Part shown: positions 38,755 to 48,858 of the stretch, piece after piece
Position numbering within the stretch: position 1 is the first letter of the stretch
Layout: each line of letters opens with the position of its first letter
Assembly (NCBI GenBank): GCA_963813535.1
Contig: CAWEZH010000003.1
Location: 640,001 to 704,000 of the forward strand
Reading direction: 5' to 3'
Source of the DNA: an uncultured Chloroflexia bacterium
Lineage (GTDB): Bacteria; Chloroflexota; Limnocylindria; Limnocylindrales; CSP1-4
DNA: 64,000 bases
Translations under genes and position numbers: made by a program
The notes under the pieces: generated by a model
Seen by the model: the letters and a program-made list of their open reading frames with translations, nothing else
What the model was told of the DNA's origin: nothing
Database searches by the model: none

Positions 38755-40221
38755 ATGGCGACGCCCAAGGAGATCCTGGAGATCGACGGTCGCGACGTCA
38801 CGATCTCGAACCCCCAGAAGATCTACTTCCCAGACGCCGGCTACACCAAGCTCGACCTCGTCCAGTACTACCTCGCCGTCGCGGACGGCGCGCTTGCCGG
38901 CGTCCGCGGCCGGCCGATGGCGCTCAAGCGCTTCGTCGACGGCATCACGAAGGAGCCGTTCTTCCAGAAGCGCGCGCCCGACAACACGCCCGACTGGATC
39001 CGCACTGCCGAGCTCACGTTCCCGTCCGGCAGGACCGCCGACGAGATCGTCGTCGACGACGCCGCCGCCCTGGCTTGGGTCGTCAACCTCGGCTGCATCG
39101 ACCTCAATCCCCATCCCGTGCGCGCCGACGACCTCGATCATCCCGACGAGCTGCGCGTGGACCTCGATCCGATCCCGGGCATCGAGTGGCCGCAGATCCG
39201 CGACGTCGCCATGGCCTGCAAGGCGGCGCTCGAGGATGTCGGCCTGGTCGGCTGGCCGAAGACATCCGGCTCGCGCGGGATCCACATCAACGTCCGCATC
39301 GAGCGACGCTGGACCTACCCGGAGGTCCGCCGCGCCGCCTTGGCGCTGGCCCGCGACGTCGAACGCCGGATGCCGGGCAAGGCGACGTCGAAGTGGTGGA
39401 AGGAGGAGCGCCAGGGCGTGTTCCTCGACTACAACCAGAACGCGAAGGACCGCACCGTCGCGTCGGCGTATTCGGTCCGCCCGCTGCCCGATGCGCGCGT
39501 CTCGACCCCGCTGGCGTGGGACGAGGTGCCGGATTGCCGACCCGAGGCCTACACGATCGCGACGGTACCGGAGCGGTTCGCGACGATCAGCGATCCCGGC
39601 GCCGGTATCGACGAGGCCGTCGGATCGCTCGACGCGCTGCTCGAGCTTTCGCAGCGCCACGAGACCGAGGGCATGGGTGACGCGCCCTGGCCACCGAACT
39701 ACGCGAAACAGGCCGGCGAACCGCCACGCGTCCAGCCGTCGCGCAAGCGGCGGCCCGACTCTGAATACGAGCCCGGCCAGGGCAAGGCCGGCGGTCCGCC
39801 ACCCGAGGTCGCGGCAGAACGGGCTGCGGCGGTCGCGGCCGGCGATCGGAACGCCGGGCTCCCGACCGAGTGGGAGGGCTCCCGTCCCACTCCGACCGGC
39901 AGGCGCAAGACGAACGTCCCGGTCATCGAGATCTCACGAGCGGCGTCGAAGGCCGAGGCGCTCGAAGGCTTCGAGCGCTGGAAGACCCGTCATCCGGTGG
40001 CCGCGAAAGAGCTCGAACCTGCGGATGTGCTGGTCGACGGGATGCGCGGGCGCTCGTCGCTGTGGTATCGCGTGCGGGTCAACCTGACACACGTGCCGGA
40101 AGCCGATCGGCCGCCCCAGGAGCAACTCGATCCCGACTACGACCCGTGGGCCGGCTACGAATGGCCGGACCGGGCCGGCCAGCTCGAGCGGGCGCCGCGG
40201 AAGAAGTCCTCGGCGTCCTGA
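38755..40221 (+). CDS. LigD-type primase-polymerase (Prim-PolC-like) with C-terminal extension
   Basis: FFQKRAP, DELRVDLDP, KTSGSRGIH, WWKEER, FLDYNQN, SAYSVR. Confidence 0.92.
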   Translation: MATPKEILEIDGRDVTISNPQKIYFPDAGYTKLDLVQYYLAVADGALAGVRGRPMALKRFVDGITKEPFFQKRAPDNTPDWIRTAELTFPSGRTADEIVVDDAAALAWVVNLGCIDLNPHPVRADDLDHPDELRVDLDPIPGIEWPQIRDVAMACKAALEDVGLVGWPKTSGSRGIHINVRIERRWTYPEVRRAALALARDVERRMPGKATSKWWKEERQGVFLDYNQNAKDRTVASAYSVRPLPDARVSTPLAWDEVPDCRPEAYTIATVPERFATISDPGAGIDEAVGSLDALLELSQRHETEGMGDAPWPPNYAKQAGEPPRVQPSRKRRPDSEYEPGQGKAGGPPPEVAAERAAAVAAGDRNAGLPTEWEGSRPTPTGRRKTNVPVIEISRAASKAEALEGFERWKTRHPVAAKELEPADVLVDGMRGRSSLWYRVRVNLTHVPEADRPPQEQLDPDYDPWAGYEWPDRAGQLERAPRKKSSAS

Positions 40222-40249
40222 CGCTCCGGGTGTGTCTCGTGACCGCGGG

Positions 40250-41487
40250 CTAGCGCGAGCCGGCCACGGCGGTCGCGGTTCGACGCCGACGGTCGCCGCC
40301 GAGCCAGCGCCGCGCCACCGGCAGCCACGCAAGACCGATCATGGTTTGCACCAGCACGGCGATCACGATGAGGATCCCGGGCACCGTGAGGACGAGCGCA
40401 GGGACCGCCCACTCGAAGTTGCCGAACGAGACCGCTCGGGTGTCGAAGTCCAATTGGGCCCCATCACCGATCGACGGGAGCGTGAACGGCGCCTCGGCTG
40501 GGAGCGCCGATGCGGCCGGGGCCCGCGGTGGGTCGCTCGGGTCCGTCCTCGCGCTGGCCACCGGGCCTCCGGGAGCGCCTGGGACAGCGAGGGTCGCGGT
40601 CGGCGAAGCCGATGGTGAGGCCGATGGCGTCGCGCCGGTCGTTCCGAGGCAGTGGCCGACGGTCGCGGCGTCGGACTCGGGGTTTGCCCTGGCCCGATCG
40701 ACGGCAACGGCGGGAGGGTCGGCAATGGCGGGAGCGTCGGGATGGGCAGGACGCTCGGTCGCGGCGTCGGTCGTGGCGTCGGTGCCGGTGTCGGATGCGG
40801 CGTCGGATCCGGCGTCGGCGCAGGCGTGGCGGGTGGTCCGGACACCGTCATGGTCACGGTTACCGTATTCGACCAGGCGAACCCGTCGGAGACCCGGTAG
40901 CGCCACGTGTCGGTGCCGGCGAAGTCGTCGTCGGCCTTGTACCGGAAGCTGCCGTCGTCGTCCTCGTTGAGGTTGCCGTGGGCGGGCTCCTGGACGACGT
41001 CGACGGTCATGTCGTCGCCGTCGGCGTCGTCATCGTTGCCGAGCACACCCGGCGCGCCGACGGACTTCTCGACGTCGGCGACGGCGCTATACGAATCGGC
41101 ATGTGCCACCGGGGCGTCGTTCGTGACGGTGATCGTGACGGTCGCGTTGTTCGACAGCCCGAGCAGCCCGCCGTTCACGCGGTATGTGAAGCGGTCGGTC
41201 CCGACGTACGAGGCGTCGGACCTGTAGGTGAATCCGCCATCAGGGTCCAGATCCAAGGTCCCGTGGTCGACATCGTTTCGCACCTGAGCCGTGAATCCAC
41301 CGCCGAGTTGGAGGTCGTTCCCGAGGACACCGGGGGCGGCAACGGTCTTCAACTTCCCGTGGACCGCCGTGTAGCTATCGGGGATGGCCACGGGCAGCAA
41401 GCCGGCAGACGTCGACGACGGCAACGCGAGCCCGACCATGGCGAGGCCGACCGCCAGGCCGATCGCGGCGGCGCCTCGAACCGTCAT
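40250..41487 (-). CDS. Surface protein with tandem Ig/cadherin-like repeats, Pro/Thr linker and C-terminal TM; frameshift near 40635
   Basis: Signal peptide, two APGVLGND...DGxFxY...GTDxxxYRV repeats; C-terminus EWAVPALVLTVPG in shifted frame. Confidence 0.8.
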
Positions 41488-43451
41488 GCCACCCATCGGC
41501 GCAGCGCGACCGCGGCGGGCGATCCGGCCTCGCCGGGCAGCGGCGGGTCGGCATCGCGCTCGATGCCATCGATGAACGTGATCACGAGGTCTTCGTCGAG
41601 CTGCGTTCCTGCCGCGTCGCCGAGGCGGACGAGAGCCTCGCGCATGTCGAGCGCCTTGCGGTACGGACGCGTCGTCGTCATCGCGGAGAACGCATCGGCG
41701 ACCGCCAGGATCCGCGCGATCTTCGGGATCTCCTCGCCGGCCAGGCGGTCCAGGTAGCCCTGGCCGTCCCAGCGCTCGTGGTGATGACGGATGCCCGCAC
41801 GCACGGCGTCGATGTCGGGCAGGTCGCGGACGATCATGTCGCCAAGGGCGACATGCTGCTGGACGATCGCGTACTCGGCATCCGTCAGGTGCCCGGGCTT
41901 GCGCAGGATCGCGTCCGGGATGCCGATCTTGCCGATGTCATGGAGTCGGCCGGCCAGTTCGATCGTCCGGATCTCCTCGGGCGACAGACCGATCCGACGG
42001 GCGATGAACGTGGCGTAGCGCGCCACATCCTCCGAATGCCGCTTCGTATAGCGGTCCTTGGTGTCGACGGCGATGACGAGACCCTGCAACACGTCGAAGC
42101 TGGTGTTGGCCGCGGGGTCCTCGCCGATGCGGTCGGCGGCATGGCGGACGGTATCGCCACCGCTCGCCTTGGCCTCCTCCAGCATCCGGGCGGCAACGGC
42201 GAGCAGCGCCGTGACCGACGACGCGTGCTCGGGATACGTGGCGAGTCCGACGCTCACGGTGATGGGCAGCCGCTCGGTCTCGTCGAACCGGAGGCTCAGG
42301 TCGACGAGCGCGGTCCGCAGGCGGGTCACGACGGGCTCCAGATGGGTCACGGCCGTCGGATCCGCGACGAGCAGGAACTCGTCGGGTCCGTAGCGACCGA
42401 ACTCCATCCCGGGCTCGATGTGCTCGCGAAGCGTCGCAGCGACCGCCAGGAGCGCCTCGTCTCCGGCGGCATGACCGTGGTTGTCGTTGAGGAGCCGGAA
42501 GTTGTCGATGTCGATGAGGGCGATGCCGATCGGCCGGACCTCCGCACGGCCACGCTCGATCTCCTGGGCGAGATAGCCGACGAGCGCGCCGTGGTTGAGC
42601 GTTTCCGTCAGCGGGTCGCGGTGCGTCGCCTCGAGGAGGGCCTCCGTCTGGCGCGTGAGCCGCGCCTGCGCGGACCGGAACACCAGGAACAGCAACCCCG
42701 CCGCGACGATGCCGGCAGACAGCGTGACGATGACGATCTCGCGCCGCATCGCTTCGAGCCGCTCGACGATCGGCACGCCGTCGCGCCAGATGCCGACCAC
42801 GCCGAGGACCTCGCCATCGACGCTGAGTGGCAGGAACTCGCGCAGCAGTGTCGGCGAGGTGAACGCCCCGGGGCCGGCGCCTGCCTCGCTGGCCGGCCCG
42901 ATGGCCGCCTGCGGCTTTCCGCCCAAGGCCAGACCGAACTCGGCGGTCCCGGGGGCGGCGACGCCGCTCATCCCAGGTTCGCTCGCGGCGACGATCGTCC
43001 CATCGGCGCGGCGAAGCTCCACCCGAAGGATCTCGCCCGCTCGGGGCAACGTGGCGAGCTGCGCCTCGAGCCGCTCGATCTCGGTCGCGGCCGGGGACCG
43101 TATCGAGGAGAGGTCGTCAGGCGTGATGTAGGCGTTGACGAACGAGCGGATCGTCGCCGCGTCGCTCCCGACCAGCCCGGTCAAGGTCGCGGTCGAGAAA
43201 TGGGCTCCTGCCAGGACCGACTGGGCGGTCGCGGCGGCACCCACGATGGCCAGGAAGGCGCCGTAGACCAGGATCAGGAGGACCGGGCGCGGCGGCCGGG
43301 CGCGAGTGCCGAACAACCTCGATGATCCCTCGACTGCGTGGCCCTCGTGGGTACGCCCGACTGTAGGCACGGGGATCGTGGGACCCGCATGGGACGATGG
43401 TCCCGGTGGGGACCGGTGGGGACCGGCGGCGAGCGTGGACGTGGCGCGCAC
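41484..43451 (-). CDS. TM-sensor GGDEF (variant GPDEF) plus HD-GYP protein
   Basis: DPLTE, DIDNFRLLND, RYGPDEF; HSEDV, LHDIGK, HHERWDGQGY, VADAFSAM; true start likely near 43316. Confidence 0.9.
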   Translation of the reverse strand: MRATSTLAAGPHRSPPGPSSHAGPTIPVPTVGRTHEGHAVEGSSRLFGTRARPPRPVLLILVYGAFLAIVGAAATAQSVLAGAHFSTATLTGLVGSDAATIRSFVNAYITPDDLSSIRSPAATEIERLEAQLATLPRAGEILRVELRRADGTIVAASEPGMSGVAAPGTAEFGLALGGKPQAAIGPASEAGAGPGAFTSPTLLREFLPLSVDGEVLGVVGIWRDGVPIVERLEAMRREIVIVTLSAGIVAAGLLFLVFRSAQARLTRQTEALLEATHRDPLTETLNHGALVGYLAQEIERGRAEVRPIGIALIDIDNFRLLNDNHGHAAGDEALLAVAATLREHIEPGMEFGRYGPDEFLLVADPTAVTHLEPVVTRLRTALVDLSLRFDETERLPITVSVGLATYPEHASSVTALLAVAARMLEEAKASGGDTVRHAADRIGEDPAANTSFDVLQGLVIAVDTKDRYTKRHSEDVARYATFIARRIGLSPEEIRTIELAGRLHDIGKIGIPDAILRKPGHLTDAEYAIVQQHVALGDMIVRDLPDIDAVRAGIRHHHERWDGQGYLDRLAGEEIPKIARILAVADAFSAMTTTRPYRKALDMREALVRLGDAAGTQLDEDLVITFIDGIERDADPPLPGEAGSPAAVALRRWVA

Positions 43452-43530
43452 GCACCACGAAGCGCGCGCGAGCCGCCCTTCTGCCGTGTCGATCAGTGGC
43501 GCTCATGCGCCGACGGTCACGCGGCGGCGA

Positions 43531-44184
43531 TCAGGCGGAGGCGGTCCCACGCTCGTAGAGGACGACCCGCCAGACGAATGTCCGCGCCTCGCGCACGGGT
43601 CGAAGCCCGGCATCCGCGACCACCGCGTCCACCCGCGCATTCGAGTGGACGAACGACCGATACGCGAACCCGCGAAGCCGGAACCAGATGTTCGCGAGGC
43701 GCAGGCCCCAGCGGACGATCGCGCGGTCGCGCGGGAGCACGAGGCCGTACAGCGAGCGCGCCCGTGCGGCCGACAGCCCGACCAGCGCGTCCATGTCGGG
43801 ATAGCAGCAGACGACGCGATCGAGCGTGACGATATCGGCCGTATCGATGGTGGGCGCGCGCGCGACGAAGTCGCCGTCGACGAAGTCGATCCGGTCGAGA
43901 TGCCCGCGTCGCCGCGCCTCCGACCGGGCGGCTTCGAGCGACGGCGGCGAGGCGTCGACGAGCACCGCGTGGCCCACTCCCGCGCGCATCAGCTCGTGGT
44001 CGATCACGCCGATCCCCGCACCGATATCGAGGACGGTCGCGCCGCGGACGCCGCGAGCCTGGATCATGTCGAGCAGCATCCGCGTCGTCGTGTCGGGTCC
44101 GGCACGCCGGTATCGCTCGACGTCATGTTTGGCGGTCGAGCCGTCGAAGATCTCGAACCCTTCGTCGCAACCGCACGCGTCCAT
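43531..44184 (-). CDS. Class I SAM-dependent methyltransferase (BchM-like family)
   Basis: VLDIGAGIG, VDAS, GDFV, LDRVVCCYPD. Confidence 0.85.
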   Translation of the reverse strand: MDACGCDEGFEIFDGSTAKHDVERYRRAGPDTTTRMLLDMIQARGVRGATVLDIGAGIGVIDHELMRAGVGHAVLVDASPPSLEAARSEARRRGHLDRIDFVDGDFVARAPTIDTADIVTLDRVVCCYPDMDALVGLSAARARSLYGLVLPRDRAIVRWGLRLANIWFRLRGFAYRSFVHSNARVDAVVADAGLRPVREARTFVWRVVLYERGTASA

Positions 44185-44203
44185 CGAGGTCCTCGCTCGC
44201 GGG

Positions 44204-45298
44204 TCAGCTGCCGAAGATGGACTCGAGCTCGAACGGGATCGTCGTCTCGAGCTGGTCGTAGCGGCAGGCATCTGGTGGCTTGTCCGGACGCCAGCGCTTG
44301 AACGTCGTGGCGTGGCGGAAGCGGCTGCCCTGGAGGTGATCGTAGGCCACCTCGACGACGCGCTCGATGCGGAGCGGCTCCCAGGAGAGGTCCTTGCCGC
44401 GGTTCCAGCGAGACGTCGCCCCGGGCAGCCGCTGACCGGACGCCTCGGCGTCGCCGGCGCTGGCCCACTCGGCCCATTCCTGCCACGGGTGGCCCTCGAC
44501 CGCGTTCTCGCGGAGCGGTGCGAGCTCCTCGACGAGCTCGGCCCGGCGGTCCCATGAGAACGATGAGGTGATGCCGACATGGTTGAGCTTGCCCGAGTCG
44601 TCGTACAGGCCCAGGAGCAGCGATCCGATATGGGTGCCCGGCCCGTTCTTGTGCCAACGGAACCCGGCGACGACGCAGTCGGCCGTCCGCTGATGCTTGA
44701 TCTTGAGCATCGCTCGCTTGCCCGGCTGGTACGGGGCGTCGAGCCGCTTCGCGATGACGCCGTCGAGACCGGCGCCCTCGAAGCGATCGAACCAGTCGGC
44801 CGCCATCGACCGGTCCTTCGTCGCGGGCGTCAGGTGGACGGGCGGCTGTACGCCTCTGAGCGCCGACTCGAGCTTCGCCCGACGCTCCGCCTGCGGCATG
44901 TCCCGCAGATCCTCGTCCCCGAGCGCGAGGAGGTCCCAGGCCACGAAACTTGACGGCGACTCTGCCGCAAGCATGTTGACCCGCGACGCGGCCGGGTGGA
45001 TCCGCAGGAGCAGCGCCTCGAAGTCGAGCGCGCCGTCACGGGCGATGACCACCTCGCCGTCGACGATGCACCGATCCGGCAGGGCGGCACGGAGCGGCTC
45101 GGCCAACTCGGGGAAGTACCGGTCCAGGGGCTTCAGGTCACGCGACTGCGTGTACACCTCGTCGCCGTCGCGGAACACGATGGCCCGGAACCCGTCCCAC
45201 TTCGGTTCGAACAGCCAGCCGTCGCCCTCGGGCAGGCCATCGACCGCCTTGGCGAGCATCGGCTCGATCGGCGGAGCGACGGGCAAGTTCACGGCCAT
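44204..45298 (-). CDS. ligC: ATP-dependent DNA ligase (LigC-like)
   Basis: EPKWDGFR, DGEVV, WDLL, DGVIAK, MLKIKH, RFRH, RWRPDK. Confidence 0.92.
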   Translation of the reverse strand: MAVNLPVAPPIEPMLAKAVDGLPEGDGWLFEPKWDGFRAIVFRDGDEVYTQSRDLKPLDRYFPELAEPLRAALPDRCIVDGEVVIARDGALDFEALLLRIHPAASRVNMLAAESPSSFVAWDLLALGDEDLRDMPQAERRAKLESALRGVQPPVHLTPATKDRSMAADWFDRFEGAGLDGVIAKRLDAPYQPGKRAMLKIKHQRTADCVVAGFRWHKNGPGTHIGSLLLGLYDDSGKLNHVGITSSFSWDRRAELVEELAPLRENAVEGHPWQEWAEWASAGDAEASGQRLPGATSRWNRGKDLSWEPLRIERVVEVAYDHLQGSRFRHATTFKRWRPDKPPDACRYDQLETTIPFELESIFGS

Positions 45299-45454
45299 GC
45301 CCCGAGTGTAGGCGAGGCGCTGCGTCGGGGGAGGCTTGCGACGTGGGGACGGCCGTCGCGATGCGGCCGTGGCGGAACCATGGTCGAGGCGCCAGCGTCC
45401 CCGTGGTGCCGCGCGCGACCATCCCGGCCGCGAGGCGCCTACGGAGGACGCGCG

Positions 45455-46393
45455 ATGCGTGCCAACCGATCATCACTGCCGTTCGCGGCGCTCATCATCC
45501 TGTCCGTCGTCGCCATCGTCGGATGCGCCGGCGCCTCGTCAGCGCTTGCCCCTGTCGGCGCACCGGTCGATGGAGGCGCGGCCTACGGCGGCGCCAGCGC
45601 CGCGCCGAGCGCGGCCGCCGCTCCGGACGGCGAGCCGACCTCGCCGGACCAGGTCGGCAACCTCGTCGACGACGCCAAGATCGTCCGGACCGGATCGATG
45701 GAGGTGGAGGTCGGCGACGTGCCCGCGGCACTGCTCACCGTCCGTGACGGGATCCGGGCGATGGGCGGCTACATCGGGGCGTCGGAGACGCAGACCCTCG
45801 ACGATCGGCCCGTCGCGACGATCACGTATCGCATCCCGGTCGACCGCTGGGAAGACGCGCTCGACCTGTTGCGCGGGATCGCCGGCGACGCCAAGAACGT
45901 GTTGAACGAGCGGACCCAGTCCGTCGAGGTGACCGGCGCGGTCGTCGACCTCGAGGCGAGGATCAGGAACCTGCGCTCCAGCGAGATCGCCCTGCAGGAC
46001 ATCTCGGCGAAGGCTGCCCGCGTGTCGGACGTGCTCGAGGTGCAGGCCCAGCTCACCGCGGTGCGCGGCCAGATCGAGCAGCTCACGGCCCAGCTGACCC
46101 AGCTCAACGACCAGGCGTCCTACGCCACACTCGACGTCACGTTCAGCACGCCCGTCGTGGCGGTCCAGGTCGCCGCCGAAGGGTGGCAGCCGGCGGTCGT
46201 CGTCGACGAGGCGACCGCGAGCCTGGTGGAGATCCTGCAGTCGCTCACGACCGCCGGCATCTGGTTCGCGATCGTGTGGCTGCCGGTCCTGTTGCTGATC
46301 GGCGGTGTCGCGCTCGTGGTCGCGATGATCCTGCGCCGGCTCGGCGTGGTCCGGCTCGGGGGACGTCCGGGAGGCGCACCGGCCGCCGGATAG
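45455..46393 (+). CDS. DUF4349 domain lipoprotein
   Basis: Lipobox IVGC, KIVRTG, GGYI, RIP, VDLEARIRNL, C-terminal TM. Confidence 0.85.
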   Translation: MRANRSSLPFAALIILSVVAIVGCAGASSALAPVGAPVDGGAAYGGASAAPSAAAAPDGEPTSPDQVGNLVDDAKIVRTGSMEVEVGDVPAALLTVRDGIRAMGGYIGASETQTLDDRPVATITYRIPVDRWEDALDLLRGIAGDAKNVLNERTQSVEVTGAVVDLEARIRNLRSSEIALQDISAKAARVSDVLEVQAQLTAVRGQIEQLTAQLTQLNDQASYATLDVTFSTPVVAVQVAAEGWQPAVVVDEATASLVEILQSLTTAGIWFAIVWLPVLLLIGGVALVVAMILRRLGVVRLGGRPGGAPAAG

Positions 46394-46425
46394 CACAGGC
46401 GGTCGGTCGTGGCACGATGGGGTCC

Positions 46426-47246
46426 ATGACCGACCAGGTCGATCGATTCGACGAGATGGCCGCCGGCTACGAGCGGTGGTGGGCACCCGTGCTCGCTCCG
46501 AGCGCGGTCGCGCTGCTCGACGACCTTGCGCCGCTCGTGGACCGCGGGGCGGTGGAGATCCTCGACGTGGGGGTCGGGACGGGCAACCTTGCCCGTCCCG
46601 CGCTCGCCCGCTGGCCGGGCATCCGGGTGACCGGGGTCGACGCGTCGAGCGAGATGGTCGGTGCTGTCGAAGCGCTCCTCGGGGCGAGCGGTGACGGCTT
46701 CCGGGAGCGCTTCACGGGGACCGTGGCGTTCGCCGCCGAGATGCCGTTCCCCGATCGCACGTTCGATGCCGCGATGTCCTCCTTCGTCCTCCAGCTCGTC
46801 CCGAGCCGAGCAAGGCGCTGCGGGAGATCCGGCGCGTGCTACGACCCGACGGCCACTTCGCCTACGTGACCTGGCTCGTCGATGAGCGGGCATTCCCGCC
46901 TGACCGCGTCTTCGATGCGCTGCTCGACGAGTTCGGGTTCGACGAAGAGGAGGATCGGCCGCGGATCGGCGATGTGCCATCCGTCGACCGGGCGGCCGCG
47001 GAGCTACGTCGCGCCGGGTTCCGCGATGTCACGGCGTCCAGGGCGCTGCTCGACCACGCGTTCAGCGTCGAGAGCTACATCGCCTTCCTGACCGAGTTCG
47101 ACGAGGTGTCGCTCTTCGACGAGATGGACCGGCGTGACCGCCGCCGCTTCCTCGCGCTCCTGCGCGAACGGCTGATGGGGCTCGACCCGGACCAGCTCCA
47201 TTTCAAGGCCGGCATCGTGTACGCGTCTGGCGTCCGCTCCGACTAG
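46426..47246 (+). CDS. Class I SAM-dependent methyltransferase, frameshift near 46813
   Basis: ILDVGVGTG, GVDAS, MPFPDRTFD; continues ALREIRRVLRPDG in another frame. Confidence 0.82.
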
Positions 47247-47257
47247 CCGGACGCCGG

Positions 47258-48421
47258 CTAGACGACCTTCTCGTCAGGCAGCGCCTCGACGTACTCGGTC
47301 CCCAGCCGTGCGGCGTCATACGCCTTCCCGACAAGGTGGTGATAGGGCACGCCGCTGAACTGGTGGTGCGAGCGGGTCGGGATGTCGGCCGACGGATCCC
47401 ACTCCTTGCGCTGGAGCTCGATGTAGCCCTGTTCCTGGCGATCCGCCATCGCCGAGAGCAGCGTCGACAGGCCGTGGCCGTTCGCGTGCTGGCCGCCGAG
47501 CGTGATGAAGATGAAGCCGACGCCCATGTCGCCGAGCTCGGCGAAGGTCATCGGCTGCGGGTCGTTGAACCACTTGAACGAGCTCGAATAGTTGAACGCG
47601 AAGCGCGCCTCCGGGAAGCGCTTCCGGATCTCGCTCGTGAACGTCTCGACCGGCTCGCGATCGGACGTCGGGAATTCGCACCACAACAGGTCCGGGATGC
47701 CGCTGTCGAGGTAGCGGAGACCTCGGTCGACCGCGAGGTCCATGCCACGCTCCGGTTGTGGCGCATCGATCGCGGACAGCCCGTCGGTCCGGGCGATGAC
47801 GACGAAGTCGGCGTTGCCCAGGTCGTCGGCGACAGCCCGCATCATCCGCAGCTTGCCGACCATCTCGGACGTGGGCACGAGCGCTTTTCCGCCGATATGC
47901 CCGCAGCGCTTCGGGAGGACCTGGTCCTCGAGGTGGGCGGCCGCGACCCCCGCCGTCACCAGCAGCTCGGTCTGGCGCTGGACATTGAAGATGTTCCCGT
48001 AGCCAGCGTCCATGTCGACGATGACCGGCGGGATGTCGAAGAGCCGCGGACCGACGCCCTTCTCCGGGTCGCCCACCGCGGCGGTGAGCTGGTACTTGCG
48101 CAGGGCCGAGACGGTGCGGCGCGCGCCGTCGGCGATCTCCGGGCCGCTGTACAGGTCCATGTCGGTCGTGCCGAGGTGGCCGATCGCGAACGAGTAGCCT
48201 GAGAAGTAGACGGCCTTGAACCCGTGGTGCATGACGAGCTGGGCGCCCATGGGGTCGTACACGCCCGGACCGAACAGGTAGGGCTCGGTGCGGAGCAGCT
48301 CGCGCATGCGGACCGACGGGTGGACCCAGCGCGACGGCGGGACACCGTAGCCCTCAGGGAGGAGTGGGGTCGAGACGAGATCCGGAGAGCCCGACGTCGG
48401 GCGCGGTGCGGTGGCGGTCAT
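47258..48421 (-). CDS. aceA: Isocitrate lyase, short haloarchaeal-like type
   Basis: DMDAGYG, HLEDQVLPKRCGH, ARTD, LLWCE, AFNYSSSFKW, FIFITL. Confidence 0.75.
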   Translation of the reverse strand: MTATAPRPTSGSPDLVSTPLLPEGYGVPPSRWVHPSVRMRELLRTEPYLFGPGVYDPMGAQLVMHHGFKAVYFSGYSFAIGHLGTTDMDLYSGPEIADGARRTVSALRKYQLTAAVGDPEKGVGPRLFDIPPVIVDMDAGYGNIFNVQRQTELLVTAGVAAAHLEDQVLPKRCGHIGGKALVPTSEMVGKLRMMRAVADDLGNADFVVIARTDGLSAIDAPQPERGMDLAVDRGLRYLDSGIPDLLWCEFPTSDREPVETFTSEIRKRFPEARFAFNYSSSFKWFNDPQPMTFAELGDMGVGFIFITLGGQHANGHGLSTLLSAMADRQEQGYIELQRKEWDPSADIPTRSHHQFSGVPYHHLVGKAYDAARLGTEYVEALPDEKVV

Positions 48422-48432
48422 GGTGCGATGGC

Positions 48433-48726
48433 CTATTCGTTCGCGTGGTCGCGTTCGCAGAAGTCCGGGCACGCACAGTCGGCCAGGACGGCTGCGGGAG
48501 CGATGCCCGCCGGTAGGTGGCCCGTCATCGCGGCCATGACGACCGGCATCGGCCGGACGGTTCGTGGCGTCGGCACGCCCTCGGACACCGGCGAGCCACC
48601 GTCGAACGCGATGAGCTCGATGCGCTCCGAGGCGTCCTCGTCGACCCCGAGGATCCATGTGCGTGATGGCAGGGCGGCATCACGGAAGTCGATCGTGATG
48701 CGGCTCGGAACGGCGGTCGGGCTCAT
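48433..48726 (-). CDS. Small hypothetical protein with C-terminal CxCxxxCxxDH motif
   Basis: AGGAGA RBS; ends DCACPDFCERDHANE 11 bp before the lyase start. Confidence 0.65.
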   Translation of the reverse strand: MSPTAVPSRITIDFRDAALPSRTWILGVDEDASERIELIAFDGGSPVSEGVPTPRTVRPMPVVMAAMTGHLPAGIAPAAVLADCACPDFCERDHANE

Positions 48727-48821
48727 GGCGGTTCTCCTCGCGTTCGGCGCCATGGGGGTGGCGAGGGAGCTAGGCTAGACCCGTTCCGGTCATCAGTCCA
48801 ATCGAATGATGTGATGCCAAC

Positions 48822-48838
48822 TATCAACATCATTGATA
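48822..48838. promoter_or_regulatory. LysR T-N11-A box
   Basis: TATCAA-CATCA-TTGATA between divergent LysR and lyase operon. Confidence 0.65.
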
Positions 48839-48858
48839 CCTCAGCGTAAGATGCCTGG

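Noticed and set aside
43531-44184. BchM-like methyltransferase as evidence of phototrophy
   Set aside because: No other bacteriochlorophyll genes present; only a general methyltransferase fold is supported
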